Assembly (NCBI GenBank): GCA_951406725.2
Contig: OX597821.1
Span: 52,886,001-52,950,000, forward strand
Source of the DNA: Octopus vulgaris
Lineage: Eukaryota
Reading direction: 5' to 3'
DNA: 64,000 nucleotides
Both the position numbers and the translations under genes were made by a program. A model generated the notes under the pieces. The model was given only the letters and a program-made list of their open reading frames with translations, ran no database searches and was not told the origin of the DNA. Below are positions 29,675 to 41,486 of this stretch, one piece after another. Position 1 is the stretch's first letter, and each line of letters starts with the position of its first letter.

Positions 29675-31379
29675 TATATATATAGCTGTGTGTGTGTATG
29701 TATAGAGCCCCACACATACATATATGCATGTATATTGTACGTATAACCTCTTGCTGTATCAGAAATGAATGTTAGCTCAAGTGCGGCTTTGTTGTTAATC
29801 ATCCTTTCAGGTGAATATCAACATCTATACGGAAAACCTTGAACCTGTGAATTCCAGCCGCGTCCTAATTAGACGAAACCGTGATGCATGAATATCCGCT
29901 CTCGAATATAGTTAAACAAACGTTAGGATTGCGTTAATTTGTATATGAACGTGCTTTTTTCTGTCTCTGAATGTAATTTTATAAATGCTTTATATGAGTG
30001 TGTGCGTAAGGTTGTGTATGCATGTGGCAACATGGACTTTTGTGAAGGTTAGTATGTGTTTATTTATATAAGAATGTTATACTTAAAGTATTTATGTCAG
30101 TTTGTGTATTTTTAGCAACTACTCATGAGCGTGTGTTTACTTATGCGCGTTTTTTCTTTGTTTGCTTGTCGTATATGTATACATAAGTAGGTGTGCAGGC
30201 TAATACCGTGCAGCTGTGTGTGCGTATAATTTTCTCTGTGTGTATCAAACAACTACACATAATATATATATATATATATAATCAGATTATGGGTATGCTA
30301 TCTGATATGTGTGAATGCAAATGTGTGTATATATATATATATACACGCACACACGTAAATATCGAACGATAAAATGAGTGTTCAACACTGCATTGATTGA
30401 TATATATATTATCTTTATTTGTGAATGAAGGCTTTCACACACACACACACATATATATATGTATATACGTATGTATGTATATTTGAGTATGTATATACGA
30501 ATGATATAATATATACACATACACCCACATGTATGTATGTTCGTATAATCTTTCTATTTCAATTCTCTGCATTTTTCTACAAACCGATGAACTCAAATAA
30601 ACAAAACTCGAGCACTAGAATTTAGATAAGGAGTCAGTCATTGTATTTGGCCGAAAGTCTTTTATGCGTATTCGGTTCCATTTACAAACTCAATATGGAG
30701 GGTGTAAGTTAAGTAATCACCTTCTCTGCCTTAGAAATCTATCCTTTCTAAGGTATCTATTTGGACGTGATTATGTTGTATGTATGCTTTTGATTTCTGT
30801 TTTTAATTTAAAACGAATACTGATCGGCCATCTGCTTGATAACACGGTTGCGAATGAAAGCGTATCGCTTTGATAGTCATATTAGGACCGCCATGCAGGC
30901 TTTTATGGTCTCACAAATTGTTATCACTTGTAATGCATGAATTAAAATGTGTTATCTCTCTAAGAAACTAATTTCAGCCATCCAATTTTCCAGGCGGTTT
31001 TGGTTCGCATCCTGTTACTCCAGTAACAATTAGTATATAGTTGAATGTATATCTTGGGTACTGGATTTGTAAGCTTCTCCTCAATGATATCTAGATGTCC
31101 TGATTTTCTTTGTATGCACATATACATATGTGTAAGCATACATATATGCATATATGCATGTATTTGCGTATGTGGATGTATATATCTCTGCATGAATATT
31201 TTGCATGTATGCGAATTGCCTATTGATATATGCGATTTTTTGTTTGTTTTAAGTAACATAAGTAACATTGTAACAATGTAGATCTTGCTAAAATATTACC
31301 TTCAAAATTAGACATATATTTGCTTCACCGTATCTTCACATACCTGTCTATTCAATGTTGTGTTACATCTATTTGTGAA

Positions 31380-32045
31380 CGTGGCACTGTTAGTTAGAGA
31401 CTCAAGGAATAGTGAGAGGTTGGGTCGCATTCGTTGTGGTTTTTTTCCAAATGGCTTATCTGGTATCTTAAAACAAATACCTGTCGATGGTTTTTAAAAG
31501 TCTTCAGGATACCTTTGTTCACCTATTGTAATCTCTTTGACAAACAGTTTTTCAAATAGTTACATATAAATGCTAAACTCTTGCAGTAGAAGTACCAAAA
31601 ACCAGTGTTTGAGGAAGAAATTCATGCTATTCCATAATACCTCTCATTATTGTTACCTTTCTCTCTTGTATGTCAATGCTTGGAACAAGATTTTCAACAA
31701 TCTTCGACATATATGCGATGACATTTCGGCACACCTGGCTTTCCAAAGCATGTACACAGAATAACCACGGGCGTTCGAAGCAGTTACCAATTTGATTCTT
31801 ATCAGGTGGAATGTCTTTTGCAATACTTCTAGTTATTAGTTAAGACGAGGGCTATCAGGAAAGCGTACCTATAACCAGAAGCCCAGAAGACACAAAAGAA
31901 AAGGTTTCAACGTATCATTATGACTGTCAGAACACAGTACTTGTTCTTAATAATGTAGAAATTCTCAGCTATCAATGTACTATCTTCCGTGTATGTTCGC
32001 ACTAATAGTTAGTTTTCAATGAAATGGACACATTTGGATGGCCAC

Positions 32046-32046
<1 letters not shown>
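31380..32046 (-). mobile_element. Heavily decayed 3' part of a CR1-type LINE
   Basis: Decayed C-terminal motif RYLFKIPDKP (~31455-31485), matching IPDKP at the end of the LINE at 54.7 kb; WPSK..RTYT next to the array. Confidence 0.5.
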
Positions 32047-32082
<36 letters not shown>

Positions 32083-32303
32083 ATCAATATAGGGTGGCAA
32101 AAAAATTTTGTAGAATTCTTTTGCCACCAGCGGCCTAGTAGGAAAAAATTAAATAGTCATAAACTATTTTTACGTTCAACATCACAATCAAGGAACGGCC
32201 ATAATAGGCCATTCACCCACTAGAAATAACAGCCAAAAGCTTTAACCGCAAAATAACATTAATACCGTAAACCAGGAGAAAATTGAAAAACTTTTACCCT
32301 GTA

Positions 32304-32410
32304 ATTTCTTAGACGATGCACCGTTTCATCTACCGTTTAATGGTAAACTAACCTGATTAAATTAAAGCAAGCCAATCCACCATAGGCCCTTAGACTCATC
32401 AGTAAGAAAT
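32304..32410 (-). ncRNA. Type I hammerhead ribozyme (inverted copy)
   Basis: Reverse complement of the plus-strand motif; predicted cut after the C opposite position 32312. Confidence 0.85.
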
Positions 32411-33162
32411 AGCCAAATCGGAACAGATATTTTTCACGAGGCATTCCTCTTGCTACCTCGGCAATATCTGACCTAAAATTTTCAAATCGTCGCACTCGCG
32501 CCAAATTTATCGGCAGCAAATAAATATAAGCCACCGATTCCTTTACGGAACTAACCAGAAAATTCATAATTAATCAATATAGGTGGCAAAAAAATTTTGT
32601 AGAATTCTTTTGCCACCAGCGGCCTAGTAGGAAAAAATTAAATAGTCATAAACTATTTTTACGTTCAACATCACAATCAAGGAACGGCCATAATAGGCCA
32701 TTCACCCACTAGAAATAACAGCCAAAAGCTTTAACCGCAAAATAACATTAATACCGTAAACCAGGAGAAAATTGAAAAATTACAGGGTAAAAGTTTTTCA
32801 ATTTTCTCCTGGTTTACGGTATTAATGTTATTTTGCGGTTAAAGCTTTTGGCTGTTATTTCTAGTGGGTGAATGGCCTATTATGGCCGTTCCTTGATTGT
32901 GATGTTGAACGTAAAAATAGTTTATGACTATTTAATTTTTCCTACTAGGCCGCTGGTGGCAAAAGAATTCTACAAAATTTTTTTGCCACCCTATATTGAT
33001 TAATTATGAATTTTCTGGTTAGTTCCGTAAAGGAATCGGTGGCTTATATTTATTTGCTGCCGATAAATTTGGCGCGAGTGCGACGATTTGAAAATTTTAG
33101 GTCAGATATTGCCGAGGTAGCAAGAGGAATGCCTCGTGAAAAATATCTGTTCCGATTTGGCT

Positions 33163-33269
33163 ATTTCTTACTGATGAGTCTAAGGGCCTATGGTGGATTG
33201 GCTTGATTTAATTTAATCAGGTTAGTTTACCATTAAACGGTAGATGAAACGGTGCATCGTCTAAGAAAT
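33163..33269 (+). ncRNA. Type I hammerhead ribozyme, copy 1
   Basis: ATTTCTTA-CTGATGA-GTCTA[58 nt]TAGAT-GAAA-CGGTGCATCG-TC^TAAGAAAT. Helix I is 8 bp; predicted GUC cleavage after 33261. Confidence 0.88.
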
Positions 33270-33652
33270 TACAGGGTAAAAGTTTTTCAATTTTCTCCTG
33301 GTTTACGGTATTAATGTTATTTTGCGGTTAAAGCTTTTGGCTGTTATTTCTAGTGGGTGAATGGCCTATTATGGCCGTTCCTTGATTGTGATGTTGAACG
33401 TAAAAATAGTTTATGACTATTTAATTTTTTCCTACTAGGCCGCTGGTGGCAAAAGAATTCTACAAAATTTTTTTGCCACCCTATATTGATTAATTATGAA
33501 TTTTCTGGTTAGTTCCGTAAAGGAATCGGTGGCTTATATTTATTTGCTGCCGATAAATTTGGCGCGAGTGCGACGATTTGAAAATTTTAGGTCAGATATT
33601 GCCGAGGTAGCAAGAGGAATGCCTCGTGAAAAATATCTGTTCCGATTTGGCT

Positions 33653-33759
33653 ATTTCTTACTGATGAGTCTAAGGGCCTATGGTGGATTGGCTTGATTTA
33701 ATTTAATCAGGTTAGTTTACCATTAAACGGTAGATGAAACGGTGCATCGTCTAAGAAAT
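33653..33759 (+). ncRNA. Type I hammerhead ribozyme, copy 2
   Basis: Same motif; predicted cut after 33751. Confidence 0.88.
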
Positions 33760-34141
33760 TACAGGGTAAAAGTTTTTCAATTTTCTCCTGGTTTACGGTA
33801 TTAATGTTATTTTGCGGTTAAAGCTTTTGGCTGTTATTTCTAGTGGGTGAATGGCCTATTATGGCCGTTCCTTGATTGTGATGTTGAACGTAAAAATAGT
33901 TTATGACTATTTAATTTTTTCCTACTAGGCCGCTGGTGGCAAAAGAATTCTACAAAATTTTTTTGCCACCCTATATTGATTAATTATGAATTTTCTGGTT
34001 AGTTCCGTAAAGGAATCGGTGGCTTATATTTATTTGCTGCCGATAAATTTGGCGCGAGTGCGACGATTTGAAAATTTTAGGTCAGATATTGCCGAGGTAG
34101 CAAGAGGAATGCCTCGTGAAAAATATCTGTTCGATTTGGCT

Positions 34142-34248
34142 ATTTCTTACTGATGAGTCTAAGGGCCTATGGTGGATTGGTTTGATTTAATTTAATCAGG
34201 TTAGTTTACCATTAAACGGTAGATGAAACGGTGCATCGTCTAAGAAAT
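34142..34248 (+). ncRNA. Type I hammerhead ribozyme, copy 3
   Basis: Same motif with one C>T in the helix II extension; predicted cut after 34240. Confidence 0.88.
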
Positions 34249-34631
34249 TACAGGGTAAAAGTTTTTCAATTTTCTCCTGGTTTACGGTATTAATGTTATT
34301 TTGCGGTTAAAGCTTTTGGCTGTTATTTCTAGTGGGTGAATGGCCTATTATGGCCGTTCCTTGATTGTGATGTTGAACGTAAAAATAGTTTATGACTATT
34401 TAATTTTTTCCTACTAGGCCGCTGGTGGCAAAAGAATTCTACAAAATTTTTTTGCCACCCTATATTGATTAATTATGAATTTTCTGGTTAGTTCCGTAAA
34501 GGAATCGGTGGCTTATATTTATTTGCTGCCGATAAATTTGGCGCGAGTGCGACGATTTGAAAATTTTAGGTCAGATATTGCCGAGGTAGCAAGAGGAATG
34601 CCTCGTGAAAAATATCTGTTCCGATTTGGCT

Positions 34632-34738
34632 ATTTCTTACTGATGAGTCTAAGGGCCTATGGTGGATTGGCTTGATTTAATTTAATCAGGTTAGTTTACC
34701 ATTAAACGGTAGATGAAACGGTGCATCGTCTAAGAAAT
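34632..34738 (+). ncRNA. Type I hammerhead ribozyme, copy 4
   Basis: Same motif; predicted cut after 34730. Confidence 0.88.
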
Positions 34739-35121
34739 TACAGGGTAAAAGTTTTTCAATTTTCTCCTGGTTTACGGTATTAATGTTATTTTGCGGTTAA
34801 AGCTTTTGGCTGTTATTTCTAGTGGGTGAATGGCCTATTATGGCCGTTCCTTGATTGTGATGTTGAACGTAAAAATAGTTTATGACTATTTAATTTTTTC
34901 CTACTAGGCCGCTGGTGGCAAAAGAATTCTACAAAATTTTTTTGCCACCCTATATTGATTAATTATGAATTTTCTGGTTAGTTCCGTAAAGGAATCGGTG
35001 GCTTATATTTATTTGCTGCCGATAAATTTGACGCGAGTGCGACGATTTGAAAATTTTAGGTCAGATATTGCCGAGTTAGCAAGAGGAATGCCTCGTGAAA
35101 AATATCTGTTCCGATTTGGCT

Positions 35122-35228
35122 ATTTCTTACTGATGAGTCTAAGGGTCTATGGTGGATTGGCTTGCTTTAATTTAATCAGGTTAGTTTACCATTAAACGGT
35201 AGATGAAACGGTGCATCGTCTAAGAAAT
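35122..35228 (+). ncRNA. Type I hammerhead ribozyme, copy 5
   Basis: Same motif with two substitutions in the helix II extension; predicted cut after 35220. Confidence 0.88.
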
Positions 35229-35611
35229 TACAGGGTAAAAGTTTTTCAATTTTCTCCTGGTTTACGGTATTAATGTTATTTTGCGGTTAAAGCTTTTGGC
35301 TGTTATTTCTAGTGGGTGAATGGCCTATTATGGCCGTTCCTTGATTGTGATGTTGAACGTAAAAATAGTTTATGACTATTTAATTTTTTCCTACTAGGCC
35401 GCTGGTGGCAAAATAATTCTACAAAATTTTTTTGCCACCCTATATTGATTAATTATGAATTTTCTGGTTAGTTCCGTAAAGGAATCGGTGGCTTATATTT
35501 ATTTGCTGCCGATAAATTTGGCGCGAGTGCGACGATTTGAAAATTTTAGGTCAGATATTGCCGAGGTAGCAAGAGGAATGCCTCGTGAAAAATATCTGTT
35601 CCGATTTGGCT

Positions 35612-35718
35612 ATTTCTTACTGATGAGTCTAAGGGCCTATGGTGGATTGGCTTGATTTAATTTAATCAGGTTAGTTTACCATTAAACGGTAGATGAAACG
35701 GTGCATCGTCTAAGAAAT
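35612..35718 (+). ncRNA. Type I hammerhead ribozyme, copy 6
   Basis: Same motif; predicted cut after 35710. Confidence 0.88.
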
Positions 35719-35867
35719 TACAGGGTAAAAGTTTTTCAATTTTCTCCTGGTTTACGGTATTAATGTTATTTTGCGGTTAAAGCTTTTGGCTGTTATTTCT
35801 AGTGGGTGAATGGCCTATTATGGCCGTTCCTTGATTGTGATGATATATATATATATATATATATATA

Positions 35868-36075
35868 CGTTCACATAAAGGCAAGTGACGTGTATATTAC
35901 CACTTATGTACGTGCAAGTACTAAAGGCAAACTTTAAGATTGTTTTACATATTGTCACCATGATGTTAATGGCCTGAGGTTGTAATTTTCCATTTAAGAA
36001 TGTCCCTTCTGGCTTGTTGATGCATCTCCTTAACATTTGTGCCGAGGCAGTTGGTGCAATGTATCAATGTAGACA
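35868..36075 (-). mobile_element. Decayed LINE fragment, probably the upstream continuation of 31380-32046
   Basis: Peptide QAINIMVTICKTILKFAFSTC weakly resembles the post-RT CR1 segment that precedes the W-S-P motif. Confidence 0.35.
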
Positions 36076-36271
36076 CAAATGGACGTACGCATGTATCTAT
36101 ATATGCACACGTTGTTGCATATATACATACTCACATATATATCTATATACATACATCCTTACATATACATGTATACATACATACATAGATGTGCATACAT
36201 ATGTATACATAAATACATCCATACATCCAAGCATATATACATAAACACACACACATACACACACATATATA

Positions 36272-36420
36272 TTCTTTTATTCTGTTGCTTCTTTCAGTCA
36301 TTTGACTGCGACCATGCTGGAGCACCGTCTTTAGTCGAACAAGTCAACTCCAGGACTTATTCTTGGGAACATAAACTAACAAGAGTTATCAAGCGAGGGT
36401 AGATAGACAAACACAAACAT
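36272..36420 (-). mobile_element. SINE family B 3' fragment
   Basis: TTTCAGTCATTTGACTGCGACCATGCTGGAGCACCG matches the family B tail. Confidence 0.75.
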
Positions 36421-36447
36421 GCAATTACATAAATACATACATACATA

Positions 36448-36512
<65 letters not shown>

Positions 36513-36678
36513 ATTGAGGTAATCAGATCAGATGGTTCATATTTGTAGATATTTATTTATATATTACATTTTTTACATATATATCATATCATTTGGATTA
36601 GCGCTTGCTCCCATTCTAGTGGGTTTTCAAATCAAATCAGTTGTGGGTAGTTTGAACCTTTTTATAGTTTCGTAGTAG

Positions 36679-36735
<57 letters not shown>

Positions 36736-37224
36736 CCTTCAGCAGCAACTCTCTTTCCTTCCCTGTCTATAGCACACTGTATGTAGCTTTTAGGAAAACG
36801 ACTACGGTGAAACACTGACAGGGTTCGAAATGCAGTCCACTAAAATCTATGGCAAAGTGTGATAGCCAGATAGGATAAAAGAATATCATTTTTAAATTCC
36901 CAGCTGCCAAACCAAACAATAGAAAACAGTCAGAAATTCCACATTTGCACGTGAGAAAAACAAAACGGGGCTTGACTGTCTGTCTTGGACCGTAGCGAAA
37001 ACAGTAAATGTGATTACATAGGGGACAATTATGCGAGGCATTTTGATTCTGGATCTATATAGAAAAGATGAAAGATGCAAGATATTCCGAAACCACATAA
37101 GAAGTTTATCTCCCTTCTCGCTCTCTCCGTAACTTTAGTTTCGAAAATCGATTAGGATTGTTCAACGTTTCTTCAGTCAGCGGAGAAATGGCTAAAATTT
37201 ACCCTGTTTATAATGATAGCATAT

Positions 37225-37320
<96 letters not shown>

Positions 37321-38552
37321 ACAAATTGGGCTTTGGTGTAGTTTCCACCAACTAAATAACTGTGGCATTGTTAAGACCAATGCCGTAGTGAAATACACCC
37401 TAATTGCCTCTGAAAAGTAACGAACACGGCACTATGTAGTTGTGCAATGCTCACTTTGACCACAGTACCATGCCAGCGACCACATAGGCGCAGAATCAAT
37501 ATTTAATGTGGAAACGTAATTTCTTTTTCCCCCCTTGCTTTTGTTCAAGAACTTAAAAGGGAGACATCTATATACTTGGAACTGTTTCTTTATGAAGCAA
37601 ATCTTCTTAAGTTAATATGATTTCGTTGGTTTCCGAAGTTTCCTGAATTTATGTGGATTTCAATCAAACGTTCTGCTATGTTCCTCTCAGCTTATCACAC
37701 ACCAGTTAGAATATATTACAATTCTCTATTTATGTTTCACACTTTTGCAATTACTTGTTCTCTTCTTTCTGTCTCTTTCATCCCTTTTGTTTCCATTTTG
37801 ATTCTTGGAATTTACTCGTCCTCAACATATTTTCTTTTCTTTTTACACACAACCGTGTAATAATATGTACTTTAAGAATTTATATAATCATTTCTCTATT
37901 ATGCATTTTTATGCTCTGTTGCTATCGTTCCTAAGTTTCACTCTCCCTTGCCACACTTACTCCTTCTCCTTGTCTTTTACTTCCTCTATCTTGTTTATTT
38001 CTTTGCAATGATTAGCCTTTAATGATTTCTCACCGTCATCTCATTCCCTAGCAACCGAATAACAAAGCAATAAAAAAACGGTAAGAAAGTAACTACAGCA
38101 GCAGCATTTCGCTGATAATTCAAGTCTCCCGTGTTACAAACTGGAAAGGCATCTGTTAGATGTAGCATCTAAATCTATTTCATATCATTCTCTATGCGTT
38201 TTGCATTGGACAACGACGTCCTGGATTAACTGCACTTATGAATTAGCCGAGATGGTTACGACTGGAATGATTGCGATCATAGGTGAGCTCCATCGCGATT
38301 GACCATGGGCTAAATAAAAGCAATAAGTGCAACAATGACAACCAGAACTACTGATATCTAGAAAGTAGTTGCTGTCTAGGTTAAGAAACTGAGAATTATT
38401 CGAACCAATGCCAACATGTAACAGCATCTTTATACTGTCAACTTTCATTATTTCAAATAATTGTTCGATTGAGTCCTATTCTTTATTGTTATCAAAACAT
38501 AAAGAAGAGTAGCAGTAGCAGGTATAACAACAAAGGCAATGACAATGTCATC

Positions 38553-38583
<31 letters not shown>

Positions 38584-40713
38584 ACATATATATTGCAGCA
38601 TCAACTCTGATAGCACAATAACAACGACATCAATATTATCAGCAGCAACAGTAAATATATATGGAACAAAAAGCCATGTAATGAACGAATAAAATATATC
38701 GGTTCGCAACAATGATTATTTTAACCTCTTCTTATCTCTCTGTTCTTCATGCAGCAGGGGTCCCTAGGTATTTTTCTGCCAGTAAATATTTACAGATGTA
38801 AATATATGAAGATAATAAAGTTTAAATAATTAAAATTTCATAGTTATCTCCTTTGTTTTGTGGAGTCGTATCAATATTTCAGATAGTTTTCTCTTCTCGC
38901 TGTTAGCGAAGTATATTTAATATTTCTCGTTTCCCAAACGTCAAGTATGTTAGCCCCGAGTTTACTATTGGTTTTAGATGCTGTAGACATCCAGATGTTT
39001 TCCGCTCTCAGCAAATAACTCTTGGAAACAACAAAATCCTATTTCCCATTTTGTTATTGCTACAATCAAGGCTACTTCAGAAAAATAACATCTTCCCGTT
39101 TCCATATCTATATCAGAGGATAATCCTATTATTCGTAATAAAACTAGCTTCAGTCTCCCTTCTAGTTAACTGGCGGCTCACGATCAATGATTTGACCTGT
39201 CATTCGCTACAAGAAGTAAGACATTTCCTACAAATCAAACTTTACCGCCACAAAATAGAAAAGTATAGTGAAGAGTATAGCCTTAACATATATTTCAAGC
39301 GGTTACCAGTTATTGATCGGTATTTGTCGAAAACATTTACTTGCATATACAATTTCATACACAAATACATACATACCCGACACATGATCGTTTACGAGCG
39401 TTCAAGAAATAGCGTAGGATCATGTTAGACTGAATGTAATCCAAATCATTTTCCTACAATTTTAATATAATTATTAAGGTTTAAACTTTATACAGGTGGC
39501 AACTTTTCAAAAAGAAGGGAAATGCTTCTGTTTCCTTGGATTAATTTATGATCAGCTAGACTTTTGTAGCAACATGAAATTAACTCTGATTTATATCTAG
39601 ATATTCGCTCAAAATGGAACCGAATAACCTTTATTTCAGATAAGCTAAACTGACGAATTTTACTCAACAACTTGGTTCAATTTCAAGCTGAACATTCTCC
39701 ATTTTATATCAAAACATAAGTATATGGATTTATAAATATTTGCAGACATATACACAAACACAAATTTAGTAAGTGAATATCATTAATTTATAATTCAACT
39801 CAGCATTCACATTTTCATAATCTTGTATATAAAGCAGAGACGTTAAATTATGATGTGAATATGTATTATACAGCTATTAATAAACAATATATATATATAT
39901 GCACATAAATATCTGTGCATGTGGTGTATGTGAGTGTGCCTATACTATCTTGTGTACATGTCATTGGGAACACCTCTCATTATATTTATATATGGGTATA
40001 TTTAGATATGTATTTATTCCTCGTCAGTTTGTTACCCATACCACCATAAATATTGACTTAGTTCCTTACTATACATCACAAATGTTTTTCAAAATTCTTT
40101 TATCGATACTTTACTTTTCCTGAGAGATCTAATTTCTTTTGTATACCCGCCAACTATTAACGTTTCTAAGGGAATCACGTGTGACTGAGGTTGACGAAGA
40201 CTTGGTAATCGTATCACGTATTGCTTAAACATGCCTGAGGGTGATAACTGATATCTGCATTCTCTTACATAATTCTTTGTTAGGTAACACGAACAGCTGT
40301 TCGAAGCATCACTTTTATCCAAGTTGAAGCAAATATAAAAAAAACTCTTTACGAGGAGATTGCTTTTAAAGATTCACAATTTAGATCGCCATTTGAGGAA
40401 AGCAAAGCATTTTAAAGAAAAAACAAAATGATAATAGCGTGATTAGATATAACGAAAACCGTTTAAAAGAAAGAGGGTGACTAACGATGTATGAAGGGTA
40501 TTTTAAATAACTAAATGGTGAAATTGTATAAAGTAATTAGCAAGAGGTGTACAGTCTGTATATGAAGCTACAGCGAGTTAGGAGAATATCAAAGATAACT
40601 TGTTTATGTGTGTTAAAGATAACTTACATATAATATTATTCTACGCGTTGCTGCACTCTGTGTCTTGCTATTGTGTTACTCTTACGCCAAGGGCGGTAAT
40701 AATTCGAATAAAG

Positions 40714-40747
<34 letters not shown>

Positions 40748-41032
40748 GGAATGGGAAACTAAGAGAGCGAGAGAGAGAAATGTAAACCCAAGGAGAGAGA
40801 GAGTGAGAGAAAGAAACTGAGAGAGAGAGAGAGAAAGAGATTGATAGAGTGAGAAAGAGTTTGAGAGAGAGAAGGAGAGAGAGGAGAGAAGGGGGTAGAT
40901 AGATGTAACAATAGATATGCAAGTAGATATGTAGCTGAACGGAAATGAAATGAAAAGAAACGAAAATAATCACAATTGGTATATAAATTTGACTGAGATT
41001 CGACAGTGGTTGGACAGCGAAAAGTGTAGTTA

Positions 41033-41033
<1 letters not shown>

Positions 41034-41113
<80 letters not shown>

Positions 41114-41172
41114 GTCTGTTTGTCTGTCAGTCAGTCTGTCTCATTGTTTGTCTATCTATCTATCTATCTATA

Positions 41173-41237
<65 letters not shown>

Positions 41238-41486
41238 TTTATATATTTTGATCCCCCTTTAATTTTCTTAAACTATAATGCACATCATATCTGTCCAACG
41301 TATCAAAAGAAGGAAAATGATTAATACTTTCTGAGTTCATTTCGATTATATTTGAAAGTACAGTCTTGATTAAATGGCTGGATTTCAAAAGAACTTTTGG
41401 AAATTCATTGCATGCGTTTAATATAATAGCATAATATTTCCAAATATTGCTGACTTAAGCAGCGGAAATTCCACAGGTCCCGCTAG
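41034..41486 (+). mobile_element. Probable non-autonomous Helitron containing (TATC)n/(TA)n
   Basis: 3' end AGCGG..CCGCTAG-T (subterminal hairpin plus CTAG); the 5' TC start is uncertain. Confidence 0.45.

Larger units (their letters stand above)
32080..35842. mobile_element. 490-bp tandem array carrying hammerhead ribozymes (retrozyme / Penelope pseudo-LTR-like): inverted arm 32080-32779 (~1.4 units) plus direct arm 32777-35842 (~6.3 units)
   Basis: Period of 490 bp (TAATCAATAT at 32081 and 32571; CTGATGA at 33171, 33661, 34150, 34640, 35130 and 35620). Units differ by only a few bases. (TA)n on both flanks. Confidence 0.92.

Noticed and set aside
33006-33206. 66-76 aa ORF (MNFLVSSVKES...) repeated in each array unit
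   Set aside because: Short, no recognisable domain, variable stop, frameshifted in one unit, and it overlaps structured RNA and the ribozyme core. It recurs only because the unit is repeated.
32080-35842. CRISPR array or plain satellite DNA
   Set aside because: No unique spacers and the context is eukaryotic. The ribozyme, strand-biased structure and cut-site junction argue against an inert satellite.
38236-38448. 70-aa ORF as a host exon
   Set aside because: No domain similarity and no convincing splice signals.
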